A stretch of 32,000 bases of DNA from an uncultured Actinomycetota bacterium (GTDB lineage: Bacteria > Actinomycetota > Actinomycetes > Streptosporangiales > Streptosporangiaceae): positions 37,739 through 69,738 of the forward strand of contig CAVQKF010000017.1 in NCBI GenBank assembly GCA_963712955.1, given 5' to 3'. The notes beneath the pieces are model-generated. The model did not search any database. It was not told where the DNA came from and was given only the letters and a program-made list of their open reading frames with translations. How positions within the stretch are numbered: position 1 is the stretch's first letter; every line of letters begins with the position of its first letter. The position numbers were made by a program, and so were the translations under genes. This document shows, one piece after another, positions 17,812 to 27,493 of this stretch.

Positions 17812-18158
17812 GCCCCACCCCCACCCTCCAGCACCGCTTACTACGCAAAACTTAATAGCGTACCGGGCGGGCTCCGGTCAACACCCCGGGCCCGGCAGTG
17901 CCCGCCGCCGCGACCGGGCTGCTTCGCGGCCGCAACCTGTGCCGCTCGAATACTCAATTGGGGTGCCTGAACTGCACTGTCGCCGGCAGGCTGGACGCGG
18001 TGGTTGGCTGGGCGGGTGCTGTTCAAGATCGTCTACACGCCACCGCCGACCACCACGGTCGCCAGGCGGCGCTACCGCTCGGGTCGGTGGCGGCCGCGGC
18101 GCGCCGGTCTGCCGGATACTCGGCTTGGTCGTCGCGCTGTTCCGCGGCGACCGGGCGA

Positions 18159-18620
18159 TGACGCTGACCGCACACCCGGCGCACACGCGCCGTGCGCTCC
18201 CGACGGTCTCGCCCTGCCCAATCTCAGCGGGTCCGATCCTGGCGACCCGCCCGATCTTGGCCCACCGGATCTCGGCCGGCTGCGAGCCGCTGCCGAGCGC
18301 GCCGAACTGGCAGACGCCGTAGCCAGCCTGACCGACGCCAACGGCTACCGTCTGCCTGATTCCGACCCGTTGGCACCGCTGGCGCGCGACATCGCCCGCA
18401 GCCTGGTCGAGGCGGGCTTCACCCTTCACCACTGCGCCCGGCGCACCCCCTCTACCGGCTCGGAGGGGTATGCCTGCTGCCCGTCCCCGTGCACTACGAC
18501 CATGGCCACGGCGGTGTCGCGGTGTCGTGGACCACGCACGACCTTCTCTTGCGCGACTGGGACCGGTACGGCGCCTACCGCGATGCCCATGGTCACTGGG
18601 CGCCTTTGGCGGCATGCTCG
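18159..18620 (+). pseudogene. hypothetical protein, apparently frame-disrupted; boundaries uncertain
   Basis: High-GC3 coding signal moves between three plus-strand frames: MTLTAHPAHTRRALP... / ...ADAVASLTDANGYRLPDSDPLAPLARDIARSLVEAGFTLHHC / ...[48 protein letters not shown]. No family recognised. The 3' end is unresolved and converges on ispG. Confidence 0.25.
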
Positions 18621-19735
18621 GCGAGCAGTAGAGCCTCCTCCACAAGGGCCTGGACGATCTGTGATTCGGGCACGGTCTTGACCACCTTGCCGCGCACGAA
18701 GATCTGCCCCTTGCCGTTGCCTGAGGCGACCCCGAGATCTGCTTCCCGGGCTTCACCGGGGCCGTTGACCACGCAGCCCATGACCGCGACGCGCAGCGGC
18801 AGCGGAAAGCCGTCGAGGGCTGCGGTGACCTGGTCGGCGAGCTTGTAAACCTCGACCTGGGCGCGACCGCATGACGGGCAGGACACGATCTCCAGCCGCC
18901 GCGGGCGGAGCGCCAGCGACTCGAGGATCTGCTGGCCGGCCTTCACCTCCTCCACGGGCGGGGCGGACAGGGAAACGCGGATGGTGTCGCCGATGCCCTC
19001 CGCCAGCAGGACGCCGAACGCGACGGCGGATTTGATGGTGCCCTGGAGGGATGGGCCGGCCTCGGTGACCCCGAGGTGCAGCGGGTAGTCGCATGCGGCG
19101 GCGAGCTGCCGGTACGCGGCAATCACGACCAGCGGGTCATGATGCTTCACGGAGATCTTGATGTCGGTGAAACCGTGCTCTTCGAAGAGCGAGCATTCCC
19201 GTAGCGCAGACTCCACGAGGGCCTCCGGCGTGGCCCTGCCGTACTTAGCCAGGAGGCGGGCATCGAGCGACCCGGCGTTGACCCCGATCCGGATCGGCAC
19301 CCGCGCCTCGGATGCTGCCCTGGCGATCTCGGCCACTCTGTCATCGAAAGCCTTGATGTTGCCGGGGTTTACCCGTACGCCGGCGCAGCCGGCCCGGATG
19401 GCGGCAAATACGTAACGGGGCTGGAAGTGAATGTCGGCGATCACCGGGATCGGTGACTTTGCCGCGATCACCGGCAGCGCGTCAGCGTCGGCCTGGCTGG
19501 GGACCGCGACCCGCACGATCTGGCAGCCCGCTGCCGTCAGCTCAGCGATCTGCCGCAAGGTCGCTTCTGTGTCCGCCGTCTGCGTCGTGGTCATCGACTG
19601 CACGGACACCGGAGCACCGCCACCAACTGGCACCGCCTTCTCGCCGTCGCCGACAGTGATCCGCCGGGAGATCCGTCGAGTTGCCAAGGGCTCCCCGGAC
19701 CTGGCCGCAGGCATACCGAGCCTGGTGGTGGTCAT
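18593..19735 (-). CDS. ispG: 4-hydroxy-3-methylbut-2-en-1-yl diphosphate synthase (flavodoxin), MEP pathway
   Basis: Full-length 380-aa GcpE/IspG: VQSMTTT...[45 protein letters not shown], the SCPSCGR and [10 protein letters not shown] cluster-binding Cys motifs. Its ATG overlaps the stop of the dxs remnant (ATGA). Confidence 0.95.
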   Translation of the reverse strand: MTTTRLGMPAARSGEPLATRRISRRITVGDGEKAVPVGGGAPVSVQSMTTTQTADTEATLRQIAELTAAGCQIVRVAVPSQADADALPVIAAKSPIPVIADIHFQPRYVFAAIRAGCAGVRVNPGNIKAFDDRVAEIARAASEARVPIRIGVNAGSLDARLLAKYGRATPEALVESALRECSLFEEHGFTDIKISVKHHDPLVVIAAYRQLAAACDYPLHLGVTEAGPSLQGTIKSAVAFGVLLAEGIGDTIRVSLSAPPVEEVKAGQQILESLALRPRRLEIVSCPSCGRAQVEVYKLADQVTAALDGFPLPLRVAVMGCVVNGPGEAREADLGVASGNGKGQIFVRGKVVKTVPESQIVQALVEEALLLAEHAAKGAQ

Positions 19736-20469
19736 AGCGTCCCCGCCTCTGGTGCCTTCTGGCGGTAAGCCAGCACGGCTGCGGTGATCCCGGCGCTATC
19801 GAGCCGGTGCTTGGCCAACATCGCGGCACGGTCGCCGTGCGGGTAGAAGCAGCCGGGCAGCCCAAGACCATGAACGTGGGCGGCGGCTCCAGCCCTGGTG
19901 AGCGCCTCGCTGATCCGGCCGCCGAGTCCACCGGTGACCGGATGCCCCTTACCCTTCGCGGTAACTGTGTGCACAGGCACAGGGCGATGCTGTGCGGCCG
20001 CGCTGCGCAGGGCGTGCTCAAGCGACCCGATGTGGTGCCCGTCAACCGGTCCGAGGTAGGCGATACCGAGGTTCTCGAACAAGCACTTGGCGCGGTGGCC
20101 GAAGGCGTGACCCTGACCAGCGCCGTTCGCGCGCAGCCCGCCGAGATGGGCCGCCACGGCGCCGGCGGTGGGATCGTAGGAGCGGCTGTTGTCGTTGAGC
20201 ACAATGATCACCTGGCGCTGCGAGCCCGCGATGTTGTCGAGTGCTTCCCAGCACATGCCACCGGTGAGCGCCCCGTCGCCAACCACCGCGATCACCCGGC
20301 GCCGCGCCAGGCCCCGCAGACCGAACGCCTTGGCCAGGCCGTCGGCGTACGAGAGGGCCGTGGAAGCGTGAGAATTTTCGATCCAGTCGTGATCCGACTC
20401 GGCCCGGCAGCCGCGCGGGCCCCCGTTCGGGCAGGCGACGTCAAGGGTCATGCCTGGTATGCCTTCCAC
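19732..20469 (-). pseudogene. dxs: 1-deoxy-D-xylulose-5-phosphate synthase remnant (N-terminal truncation plus internal in-frame deletions)
   Basis: 245 codons where Dxs normally has ~620-660. The retained part is the TPP/PP-domain core ([78 protein letters not shown]). It joins directly to the extreme C-terminus (GGLG..ISEAL......V...GLP..F..HG....MLA...LD..GI). The ~100 N-terminal aa and the whole pyrimidine-binding domain are absent. Only ~750 bp exist between ispG and the P450 gene. Confidence 0.75.
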
Positions 20470-20482
20470 AGTGGTTCTCGCA

Positions 20483-21733
20483 TCACCACGTCACCGGCAG
20501 CTCACGTGCGCCCCCGACGAGCACGCCGCCGCGCCCGGGTAGCTCGATGAACGGGACGACGAGGCGCAGGGCATCGTCATAGGGGACTGCGAGGCGCAGG
20601 GCCGGGAAAGCATGGGCGAGCGACGCGAAGGCGACCTGCAGTTCCAGCCTGGCCAGCGCCGCCCCGACGCAGTGATGTGGGCCGTAACCGAACGAGAGAT
20701 GAGGATTGTCCTTACGGGCGAGGTCCAAGCGGTCCGGCTCAGGGAAGTAGCTCGGATCACGGTTGGCCGCGGCCAAGGGCGTGAGCACGGCCTCACCACG
20801 GGCGATCACCGTCGCGCCGACTTGTACATCCTCTGTCGCGATGCGCAATACCCCGGTGTCCCCCGACTGGCCATAGCGAAGGATCTCCTCCACCGCCTGG
20901 ACGATCCCCACGGAGCCGACGCTGAGTTCCGCGTACTCGCCGCTCCGCAGCAGAGCGAGCGTGCCGCGCGCGATTGCGTTGACCGACGTCACGTAGCCTG
21001 AGATGAGAAGTCCGGTGGCCATGGAGAACAGTTCGGCATCTGAAAGCCGGTCACCGGCGTCGCCATGTGCCGCGATCAGGGCTGTCATCAGATCACGACC
21101 CGGATTGCACCGCTTGGCCGCGATCATGTCGTCGACGTAGTCTCTCAGCCGCTGGCCGGCCTCTTTGGCCTTTTCCGAGCCCTGTCCCCCGGTTACGAGC
21201 CGGGCCGCTGTCCAGGCGCGGAAGATGTCGCGGAATTCTTCCCTGTCTGGGATCGGGACGCCGAGCAACTCGGCGATAACGATGACCGGCAGCGGAAACG
21301 CGTAGGCCGCTACGAGGTCCACCGGGGGCGACTGATCGGCCATCCGGGCGAGCAGGTTGCTGGCGATTTCCTGGATCCGGGGCCGCATGCCTTCGATGTA
21401 ACGGGGCGTAAAAGCCCAGCCGACGATCTGGCGCAGCCTTGCGTGGTCGGCGGGTCCCTTGCTGAACATGAAATTCGAGCCGCCCGCGCTGCTCGCGCCG
21501 GGCTGGCCCCCGGCGCCCACAAAGCCGGGATAGCGTGGGCGCAGCCGCGGATCCGCGAGCACCGCCCTGATGTCGTCATAACGTGTTACCAGCCAGGCCG
21601 CATCGCCGGTGGGCAGCGTTACCCGTACCACGGGAGCCTCGCTGCGAAACCGGGCAATTTCGGCTGGCGGGTCTGTGCGGGAATCTCGGGGGAACGGATA
21701 AGCGAGTGCTTCCGCATCGTTTGCGATGGTCAT
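20483..21733 (-). CDS. cytochrome P450
   Basis: Heme-binding loop [18 protein letters not shown], plus an I-helix-like and an EILR (ExxR) region. The ATG at 21733 has GAGG 6 nt upstream; the listed ORF extends further upstream to 21835. Confidence 0.9.
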   Translation of the reverse strand: MTIANDAEALAYPFPRDSRTDPPAEIARFRSEAPVVRVTLPTGDAAWLVTRYDDIRAVLADPRLRPRYPGFVGAGGQPGASSAGGSNFMFSKGPADHARLRQIVGWAFTPRYIEGMRPRIQEIASNLLARMADQSPPVDLVAAYAFPLPVIVIAELLGVPIPDREEFRDIFRAWTAARLVTGGQGSEKAKEAGQRLRDYVDDMIAAKRCNPGRDLMTALIAAHGDAGDRLSDAELFSMATGLLISGYVTSVNAIARGTLALLRSGEYAELSVGSVGIVQAVEEILRYGQSGDTGVLRIATEDVQVGATVIARGEAVLTPLAAANRDPSYFPEPDRLDLARKDNPHLSFGYGPHHCVGAALARLELQVAFASLAHAFPALRLAVPYDDALRLVVPFIELPGRGGVLVGGARELPVTW

Positions 21734-21765
21734 GCTGCGCCTCGGAGGATATGCATGCGGCACCC

Positions 21766-21951
21766 TCATTCTGAGTTGGCCCGCACGCTTAGCGGGCGCA
21801 TATCGGTCCAGATTTGGTCGATGTCGGCCGGGCATTCTTCCCTGGTACCCACATGGCCTATTTCACGCCAGCCCAGTCGGTTGCCGATATGATCGGGCAG
21901 GATTGAATACTGCTCTTCGTCATTCATGACCACCCTGTATACCGTATCCAT
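21766..21951 (-). CDS. MbtH family protein
   Basis: 61 aa: YRVVMNDEEQYSILPD....LGWR..G..GTREECPADIDQIWTDMRPLS, with the invariant Trp/Pro pattern of MbtH-like proteins. GAGGAG lies 6 nt upstream of the ATG at 21951. Confidence 0.85.
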   Translation of the reverse strand: MDTVYRVVMNDEEQYSILPDHIGNRLGWREIGHVGTREECPADIDQIWTDMRPLSVRANSE

Positions 21952-21991
21952 ATAATCTCCTCGTCGAAATGACGGCGCCTGGTCGGGGCCG

Positions 21992-23452
21992 CTATCCGGG
22001 CGCCCGCAGCAGGGCCATGAGATCTTCGGCAGCTGAGCCCACCGCGTCCGGCGAGTAGGCCAGCTGGTCAAAACCAAAGTTCACGCGCAGCCGGCCGTCC
22101 ATGACCTGCGCGCCGACCAACAGGCTGCGCCCGGCCCAGATGTGGGGCGCCCCCAATTCAACGTCCGCATCGTCGGTAATGGGTTGCAGGCCGGCCGGAA
22201 AGGCGTGGCCGCCGCTTTGGTAATCGAACGTCAGATGGCCCTGCCGCAGCCTGCTCGCCCATTGCGATCGCTCCTCGGGCGCCATGCGGTACCGCATCCA
22301 CTCCCAGGTGATGCCATCGAGCGGCACATGGCGAAGCTGCTCAGCTACGGCGGTGGTCGCCGCCACGAGCCCAGTCGCACCAGCCAGGTCGATCAGCACC
22401 GTCGGATGAACGGTGAGCCATCCAGCGGTGCGCGACAAGTCGATGCCGGGGAACAGGGGCGCGCGTCCATGCCGCACCAGGCTGACCGCAAGGGCATCTC
22501 CGCCCGCCCAACGGCCCAGTGCCATGACCAGGCCGGCAAGCAGCGCCTCGGGCAGCTGCGTGCCAGGTGGCAGAGTTTTCAGCAGCGTGCTGGTCTCATT
22601 CGCGGGCAGCGTTGCCTTGATTGAGGTAAGGGCGCCCGGATAACCGGGCCTGTTCGCGGCCGGCGTCGCCGGGAGGGCAGCCGCAGTGGCGGGCAGCTCG
22701 GTCACCCGGTCCCAGGAGAAGTCGTGCCAGTACTGGCCATCTTCCTTGCACTCCGGCGCCTGGGCGTATGCCTGAAGCCGCTCAGCCCATTTCTTGAATG
22801 AGGTCGTCGGCTCGGGCAGGCGGATTACTTCACCGCGTTCGAGTTGCTGGTAGACGGTCCAGAAGTCGTTGATGAGCACGCCAAGCGAGTAGCCATCGGC
22901 CACCAGATGGCTGATAACGAACAGCAGCCGGGCAGCCTCGCCGGATCGGGACCGTGACATCGCCAGCCGCAGTACCGGCCCGGCGCCCAGGTCCAGGCTC
23001 GCGTGCAGTTCCCGCGCCGCGCGCCGCCATGCCTTCGAGCGTTCGCCAGCCGAGAGGCCGGTCACGTCGACGAGCCTGGGCGGTACCGACTCGGCGGTGT
23101 CGACAACCTCCTGACGCCACCCGCTGGCCAAGCGGGTAAAGCGGAGCCTGAGCGCATCGTGTCGCATTACGACGTGGGCAAGCGCCAACTCGGCCAGGTC
23201 GGCGCGGAGCGGGCCTGGCGCCTCCATCAGCGAGGTGATGTTGTACGTGCCCGGGTCCACTCCGCGGGCTCCGAGTTGATCGAGGAGGAGTCGCTGCGCT
23301 GGCAGGAGTGGCACCGGACCAACAGGGGAGCTGCGGTCATCCCTGCCTCCCACGTCGGCAGGCCGCTCCGCATGCATGCCGACGAGCTGGGTGAGCAGGG
23401 CAGATCGCTGCCCGGCCGACAGACGGCCGATCCTGTCCGCCAGGTTGCTCAT
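21992..23452 (-). CDS. stand-alone NRPS-type condensation (C) domain protein
   Basis: 486 aa with no A or T domain. The active-site motif SHLVADG lies at 22892-22912, a variant of HHxxxDG that keeps the second His. It has N-terminal PLLPAQ..LL and downstream C-domain-like blocks. Confidence 0.85.
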   Translation of the reverse strand: MSNLADRIGRLSAGQRSALLTQLVGMHAERPADVGGRDDRSSPVGPVPLLPAQRLLLDQLGARGVDPGTYNITSLMEAPGPLRADLAELALAHVVMRHDALRLRFTRLASGWRQEVVDTAESVPPRLVDVTGLSAGERSKAWRRAARELHASLDLGAGPVLRLAMSRSRSGEAARLLFVISHLVADGYSLGVLINDFWTVYQQLERGEVIRLPEPTTSFKKWAERLQAYAQAPECKEDGQYWHDFSWDRVTELPATAAALPATPAANRPGYPGALTSIKATLPANETSTLLKTLPPGTQLPEALLAGLVMALGRWAGGDALAVSLVRHGRAPLFPGIDLSRTAGWLTVHPTVLIDLAGATGLVAATTAVAEQLRHVPLDGITWEWMRYRMAPEERSQWASRLRQGHLTFDYQSGGHAFPAGLQPITDDADVELGAPHIWAGRSLLVGAQVMDGRLRVNFGFDQLAYSPDAVGSAAEDLMALLRAPG

Positions 23453-23454
23453 GA

Positions 23455-24474
23455 CTACCTCCTGCCTGGCAGTTGCGGCTGGTGGAGCAGGGCGGCAAGC
23501 TCGTCTGGCGCGTAGCGGCGCCTGGTGCGCTCTACGTCGTGCACGAGCGAAACCACCCGCTCATTGAGCGGAGCCGCCACGCCGAACTGCCTCCCGGTGC
23601 GGACGACCTCGCCGTTCAGGTAGTCGACCTCGGTAGGCCGGTGGCGGCGGACGCTTTGCAAGGACGACAGCACGACCGGCCCCGTGATCGCCAGCCGCCG
23701 CGACCGGCGGCGGGCCAGCCGGGCGGACACCGAGCTTGGCAGCCTGCTCAGCAGGCGCACGACATCGGCTGGAACCCCTGGCAGGGATTCCAGCCGCACC
23801 CCGGCTGCATCCGCTACCCGCAGGCCCTCCCGCACCAGGCTCCGCCCTAGTCGTGCCAGCGCCGGCGCCTGCAGCATGTCGTGATCGTCGAGACCGGTAA
23901 GCGCCGCAAGCGCGTTGTTCAGATTGATCAGCAGCTTGGTCCACTGAACTCCGCGGAGGTTCCCCGTTACGAACGTGGGCAGCGCGTCGCCAAGCACCCC
24001 CGCCACCCTCATGACGGCACCGTCCGGCGGCCCCGCCGCTCGCCCGACGACCATCGATCCCAGGTAGGGAACGTCCACGCGGCCAGGTTCCAGGTAGGTC
24101 GCCGCCATTACCGCCACGGCCCCGAGGATCTGCTCGGGCGAAAGCAGTGGTTTCAGAAGGTCGATCCCCCGTAGCCCGTTCTGGATGACGAGCACCGGCA
24201 CGCCGCCCAGTGGGCCGAGATTCGCCCTGATCGCCTCGGCGACGTCCGGCGCCTTGGTTGTGAGCAGCGCAAGATCGGGCGCCGCCGTCAGCCGCGCAGC
24301 CACTTCGACGTCGACGGTGAGCGCGCCCACGGCACCACTCAGCCGCAGTCCTTCTGCGCGCATCGCCGCGAGGTGGGCAGGCCGGGAAATCAGGACGCAC
24401 CCGTGGCCGGATCGCGTCAGGAGTGCGCCGAGCACGCTCCCGATGGCCCCCGCGCCGATGACTGCTACCTGCAC
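23455..24474 (-). CDS. ketopantoate reductase (PanE/ApbA) family NAD(P)H-dependent oxidoreductase
   Basis: N-terminal Rossmann fold VAVIGAGAIGSVLGALL, plus QNG, W.KL..N and the C-terminal ...TEVDYLNGEVVR.G...GV..P.N pattern of the ApbA family. Confidence 0.85.
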   Translation of the reverse strand: MQVAVIGAGAIGSVLGALLTRSGHGCVLISRPAHLAAMRAEGLRLSGAVGALTVDVEVAARLTAAPDLALLTTKAPDVAEAIRANLGPLGGVPVLVIQNGLRGIDLLKPLLSPEQILGAVAVMAATYLEPGRVDVPYLGSMVVGRAAGPPDGAVMRVAGVLGDALPTFVTGNLRGVQWTKLLINLNNALAALTGLDDHDMLQAPALARLGRSLVREGLRVADAAGVRLESLPGVPADVVRLLSRLPSSVSARLARRRSRRLAITGPVVLSSLQSVRRHRPTEVDYLNGEVVRTGRQFGVAAPLNERVVSLVHDVERTRRRYAPDELAALLHQPQLPGRR

Positions 24475-24486
24475 TTTCTCGCCTGT

Positions 24487-25722
24487 TCACCAGGTCACAG
24501 GGACTTCGGCGAGGCCCCCGCTGAGGAACTCGCGTCGGGTCCGCAACGTCTCAACCGGCACGGCCAAGCACAGCCGGGGGAAGTGCCGGAAGAGCGAGCC
24601 GAGGCCGATGGACAGTTCCATACGGGCCAGGCTCGCTCCGATGCAGAAGTGCCTGCCGTGCCCGAACGCTATGTGCGGATTTGGCTTGCGGTCCATGTCG
24701 AACCTGTCGGGCTCGGCGAAGACGCTGTGGTCGTGGTTGGCAGCCGCCATACTGAGCAGCACCGCATCCCCGGCCGCAACCGTGACGTCGCCGATCCGGA
24801 GATCATTGCGCGCGTAGCGTGGTGTGACCCCCAATCCGGGGACGACGATGCGCAGCAATTCCTCCACCACGGCAATTGCCCGTGGACCATCGTCCTGTAT
24901 CGCTGCCCGGTGACGCGGATCGGTCAGCAGCAGAACTGTGCCGAGGTCCAGATAAGTGGCGGTTGAGTGATGGCCGGCGAATAGCAGGCCCGCGACCATC
25001 AGCACGATCTCGTTGTCGGCAACTGTGCCGGACTCGTCCCTGACAGCGAGGACGTGGGAGATGAAGTCATCACCGCCGGGTATGCGCCGTCGCTCCTCGA
25101 TCAGAGCGCTGACGTAATTGATGAGTTCCGTCAGCGGCTGCTCGCCCGTCGATCCTTCCGGCGGGCTGATCGCTGCCTCGAACCAGGCGGAGAAGCGCGC
25201 ACGGTCCGCGAAGGGCACCCCGAGCAGCTCACAGATCACTCGGATGGAAAGCGCCAGGGAAAAATCCTCATGCAGATCGGCTGGTGGCGCGCTCGCGCTG
25301 ATCGCATCGAGCAGCGGATCGACGATTCCCTGCACACGCGGCCGCAGGGCGTGCATGCGCCGAGCCGAGAAGGCCGAGCCGGCGACCCTGCGCAGCCGTG
25401 CGTGGTCGGCCTGCTCGGTCGCGTAGCTGCCCTCAGGGCCGCCGAGGATGGCCGAGTTCGACAGCCGCGACGCCCGCTCCGGGTGCGGATGTGACCGGGC
25501 CAGCCTCTCATCGTCAAGCAGCACCTTGACGTCCTCGTATCTTGAGACAAGCCAGGCCGGGTCGCCTGCTGGGGTCAGCACGCGCACCGCGGGCGCCGCT
25601 GATCGGACGGCCTGAAACAAGGGGGCGAGGTCGAGGACGGTCTCCCTGGGAAACGGCAGGACCAGCGCCCGCCCGGCCGGGCACCTTCCGGCGGCCTGAT
25701 GAGCCATCTCAACGTCACTCAC
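24487..25722 (-). CDS. cytochrome P450
   Basis: Heme loop FGHGRHFCIGASLARMEL, I-helix AGHHSTA, ExxR (EELLR). The GTG at 25722 is preceded by GGAGAGGAAAG. Confidence 0.9.
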   Translation of the reverse strand: MSDVEMAHQAAGRCPAGRALVLPFPRETVLDLAPLFQAVRSAAPAVRVLTPAGDPAWLVSRYEDVKVLLDDERLARSHPHPERASRLSNSAILGGPEGSYATEQADHARLRRVAGSAFSARRMHALRPRVQGIVDPLLDAISASAPPADLHEDFSLALSIRVICELLGVPFADRARFSAWFEAAISPPEGSTGEQPLTELINYVSALIEERRRIPGGDDFISHVLAVRDESGTVADNEIVLMVAGLLFAGHHSTATYLDLGTVLLLTDPRHRAAIQDDGPRAIAVVEELLRIVVPGLGVTPRYARNDLRIGDVTVAAGDAVLLSMAAANHDHSVFAEPDRFDMDRKPNPHIAFGHGRHFCIGASLARMELSIGLGSLFRHFPRLCLAVPVETLRTRREFLSGGLAEVPVTW

Positions 25723-25913
25723 TCGTTCTTTCCTCTCCGGCTACGGCGGGCCGCTGCCACCGCGGCGCGGGGCCGACCTAGGCGTGAGAATGACGAGACG
25801 CGGTTAAGACGTGGTTAGTCCGTTTGCGGGATCCAGGATCGTTGCGGGCTGACGGCGGAGTTTCATCAATAACCGCGGTATAACCGGGCCCGGGTACCTT
25901 CATGGTCAGGATT

Positions 25914-26108
25914 CCCGGTGCTTCCGGGAACCCGGTGCTTCCGGGAACCCGGTGCTTCCGGGAACCCGGTGCTTCCGGGAACCCGGTGCTTCCGGGAACC
26001 CGGTGCTTCCGGGAACCCGGTGCTTCCGGGAACCCGGTGCTTCCGGGAACCCGGTGCTTCCGGGAACCCGGTGCTTCCGGGAACCCGGTGCTTCCGGGAA
26101 CCCGGTGC
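25914..26108. repeat. perfect tandem array: 11 complete copies plus 1 partial copy of the 17-bp unit CCCGGTGCTTCCGGGAA
   Basis: Counted directly: unit n starts at 25914+17(n-1), and the last full unit ends at 26100, followed by CCCGGTGC. All full copies are identical. The array lies in the divergent intergenic region between the CDS starts at 25722(-) and 26207(+). Confidence 0.95.
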
Positions 26109-26157
26109 CAGGGACGCACAGCCAGAGGCCCCACGTGTGCCGTGACCGACCTGGATT

Positions 26158-26172
26158 ACGCGCGGCGCGCGT
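26158..26172. promoter_or_regulatory. 15-bp palindrome ACGCGCG-G-CGCGCGT, 35 nt upstream of the monooxygenase start; possible operator
   Basis: Read directly. There is no functional evidence, and GC-rich palindromes can arise by chance in this DNA. Confidence 0.2.
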
Positions 26173-26206
26173 GGCCTCAGGAAATCTGGGAGGAGCTAGG
26201 CCGAAG

Positions 26207-27493
26207 GTGCGTAGATACGACGTCATTATCTGCGGCGCCGGCGTCGGTGGGCTCGCGCTCGCCGTCGGACTCGGCCGGGCTGGCCTGTCTGTGCTCCTCA
26301 TTGAGCGTCGGCGAGCGGATTCCATCGTGCACAAGGGAGAGTTCCTGCAGCCTAGATCGCTGCACATTCTCGATCAGTGGGGCGTGCTGCCAACGATCCG
26401 GCTCGGCGGCGCGGTCGAGATCGATGCGGCGGAGACTCGCGACGCGGACGGCGAGTTTCTCGGCGAGCTTGATTATCGGGTTCTTCCCTCAGATTTCAAC
26501 TATGGCCTTGTTCAGTACTACGAGGAGCTGAAGGGCGCGCTCGAGGGCTGCGCCGGGGCTCTCGTCGACATCCAGCGTGGCGCAAAGGTGGTCGAGCTGC
26601 TCAGGACGGCGAGCGGTCGGGTATCCGGGGTGCAGCTCCAGGGCAGTGACGGCAGCGAGAGCGTCGGCGCGCGGCTGACCGTCGGCGCCGATGGCCGGCT
26701 ATCGCTCGTGCGCCGCGAGCTTGGGATCCAACTGAGGCCCAAGGAGTACGACCACGAAATGATGTCGCTGGACCTAACGAGCGCCGAACTGCGGCCGCGG
26801 GTCGTCGCCTACCTGACAAACGGCGGGCTGCGCGCGCTATACCCGATGCCCGGCGGCAGGGGACGACTGTACGTTCAGATCCGCACCGGAGAGTTCGGGC
26901 AGATCAAGCGCGGCCGCGTTGACGAGTGGCTGGGCCAGCTGCTTGCGGGCGCACCAGGGCTCGCGCACCTGAGATCCTCGTTCCCTGACCGGTTCAGGTC
27001 GGCGCAGGTGCAGCGGGCCTGGCGCTACTGTGCACCGCAGTGGACGCGGCCGGGCGCGGCCCTGATCGGCGACGCGGCCCATTCGGTTCACCCGTCGGCC
27101 GGGCAGGGCATGAACGCCGCCATCATCGACGCATGGACGCTGGCGGCCGCTATCACGACGGCCGGCGGCAGCCGCCCAGACGATGGAAAAATGGACGAAG
27201 CGATCACGCGTTACGAATCGCAACGGCTCCAGGAGTTCCGGAATGTCGCCAGGATCTGCAACCGGATGGCCGTTTTCTGCACGTCCACGTCGCCTTTCAT
27301 CCGCCGGCTTTCGACACACATGGGCCGCAGGAACCGGTCCAACCACCGGTTGCAGTACATGATCGCGTACAACGTCTCCGGCCTCGGGGAGCAGCGGTTC
27401 ACGATCCGCGACCGGATGTGCCAGCTGGGCTTGCTGCCCGACCCGCACGCGGCAGCCGTTCCCGGCCAGCCAGGACGGAGTGGGTCATCGTGA
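26207..27493 (+). CDS. FAD-dependent monooxygenase, squalene-epoxidase-like (class A flavoprotein)
   Basis: A GTG at 26207 follows GGAGC..AAGG. Motifs: dinucleotide fold YDVIICGAGVGGLALA, GEFLQP (cf. the squalene epoxidase GELLQPGG), GADGRLSLVR (DG motif), GDAAHSVHPSAGQGMN (GD motif). The listed ORF start at 25952 runs through the tandem repeat and is not credible. Confidence 0.85.
   Translation: MRRYDVIICGAGVGGLALAVGLGRAGLSVLLIERRRADSIVHKGEFLQPRSLHILDQWGVLPTIRLGGAVEIDAAETRDADGEFLGELDYRVLPSDFNYGLVQYYEELKGALEGCAGALVDIQRGAKVVELLRTASGRVSGVQLQGSDGSESVGARLTVGADGRLSLVRRELGIQLRPKEYDHEMMSLDLTSAELRPRVVAYLTNGGLRALYPMPGGRGRLYVQIRTGEFGQIKRGRVDEWLGQLLAGAPGLAHLRSSFPDRFRSAQVQRAWRYCAPQWTRPGAALIGDAAHSVHPSAGQGMNAAIIDAWTLAAAITTAGGSRPDDGKMDEAITRYESQRLQEFRNVARICNRMAVFCTSTSPFIRRLSTHMGRRNRSNHRLQYMIAYNVSGLGEQRFTIRDRMCQLGLLPDPHAAAVPGQPGRSGSS

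Noticed and set aside
17841-17861. Inverted repeat TACGC-N11-GCGTA upstream of padR, considered as a PadR operator.
   Set aside because: Only 5-bp arms, and it does not resemble the ATGT-N8-ACAT type PadR boxes I know of. It is too weak to report as a feature without binding data.
25914-26108. Possible CRISPR array.
   Set aside because: The repeats are directly abutting 17-mers with no spacers, and no cas genes are in the window.
25778-26145. ORFs on both strands running through the 17-bp array: 25778-26134(-), 25902-26531(+), 25906-26367(-), 25918-26145(+), and the 5' extension of 25952-27493(+). They encode 17-aa periodic peptides such as PGSTGFPEAPGSRKHRV.
   Set aside because: Any perfect tandem repeat without stops is open in several frames. 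All frames and both strands are open at once. The region lies between two well-supported divergent gene starts that have their own RBS-like sequences. The monooxygenase Rossmann fold begins right after the GTG at 26207.
27040-27489. The 5' extension of the terpene cyclase ORF, listed as starting at 27040.
   Set aside because: This stretch overlaps the well-supported 3' end of the FAD monooxygenase in another frame and translates to Arg/Pro-rich sequence. The cyclase-like sequence starts at the GTG at 27490, which overlaps the monooxygenase stop.
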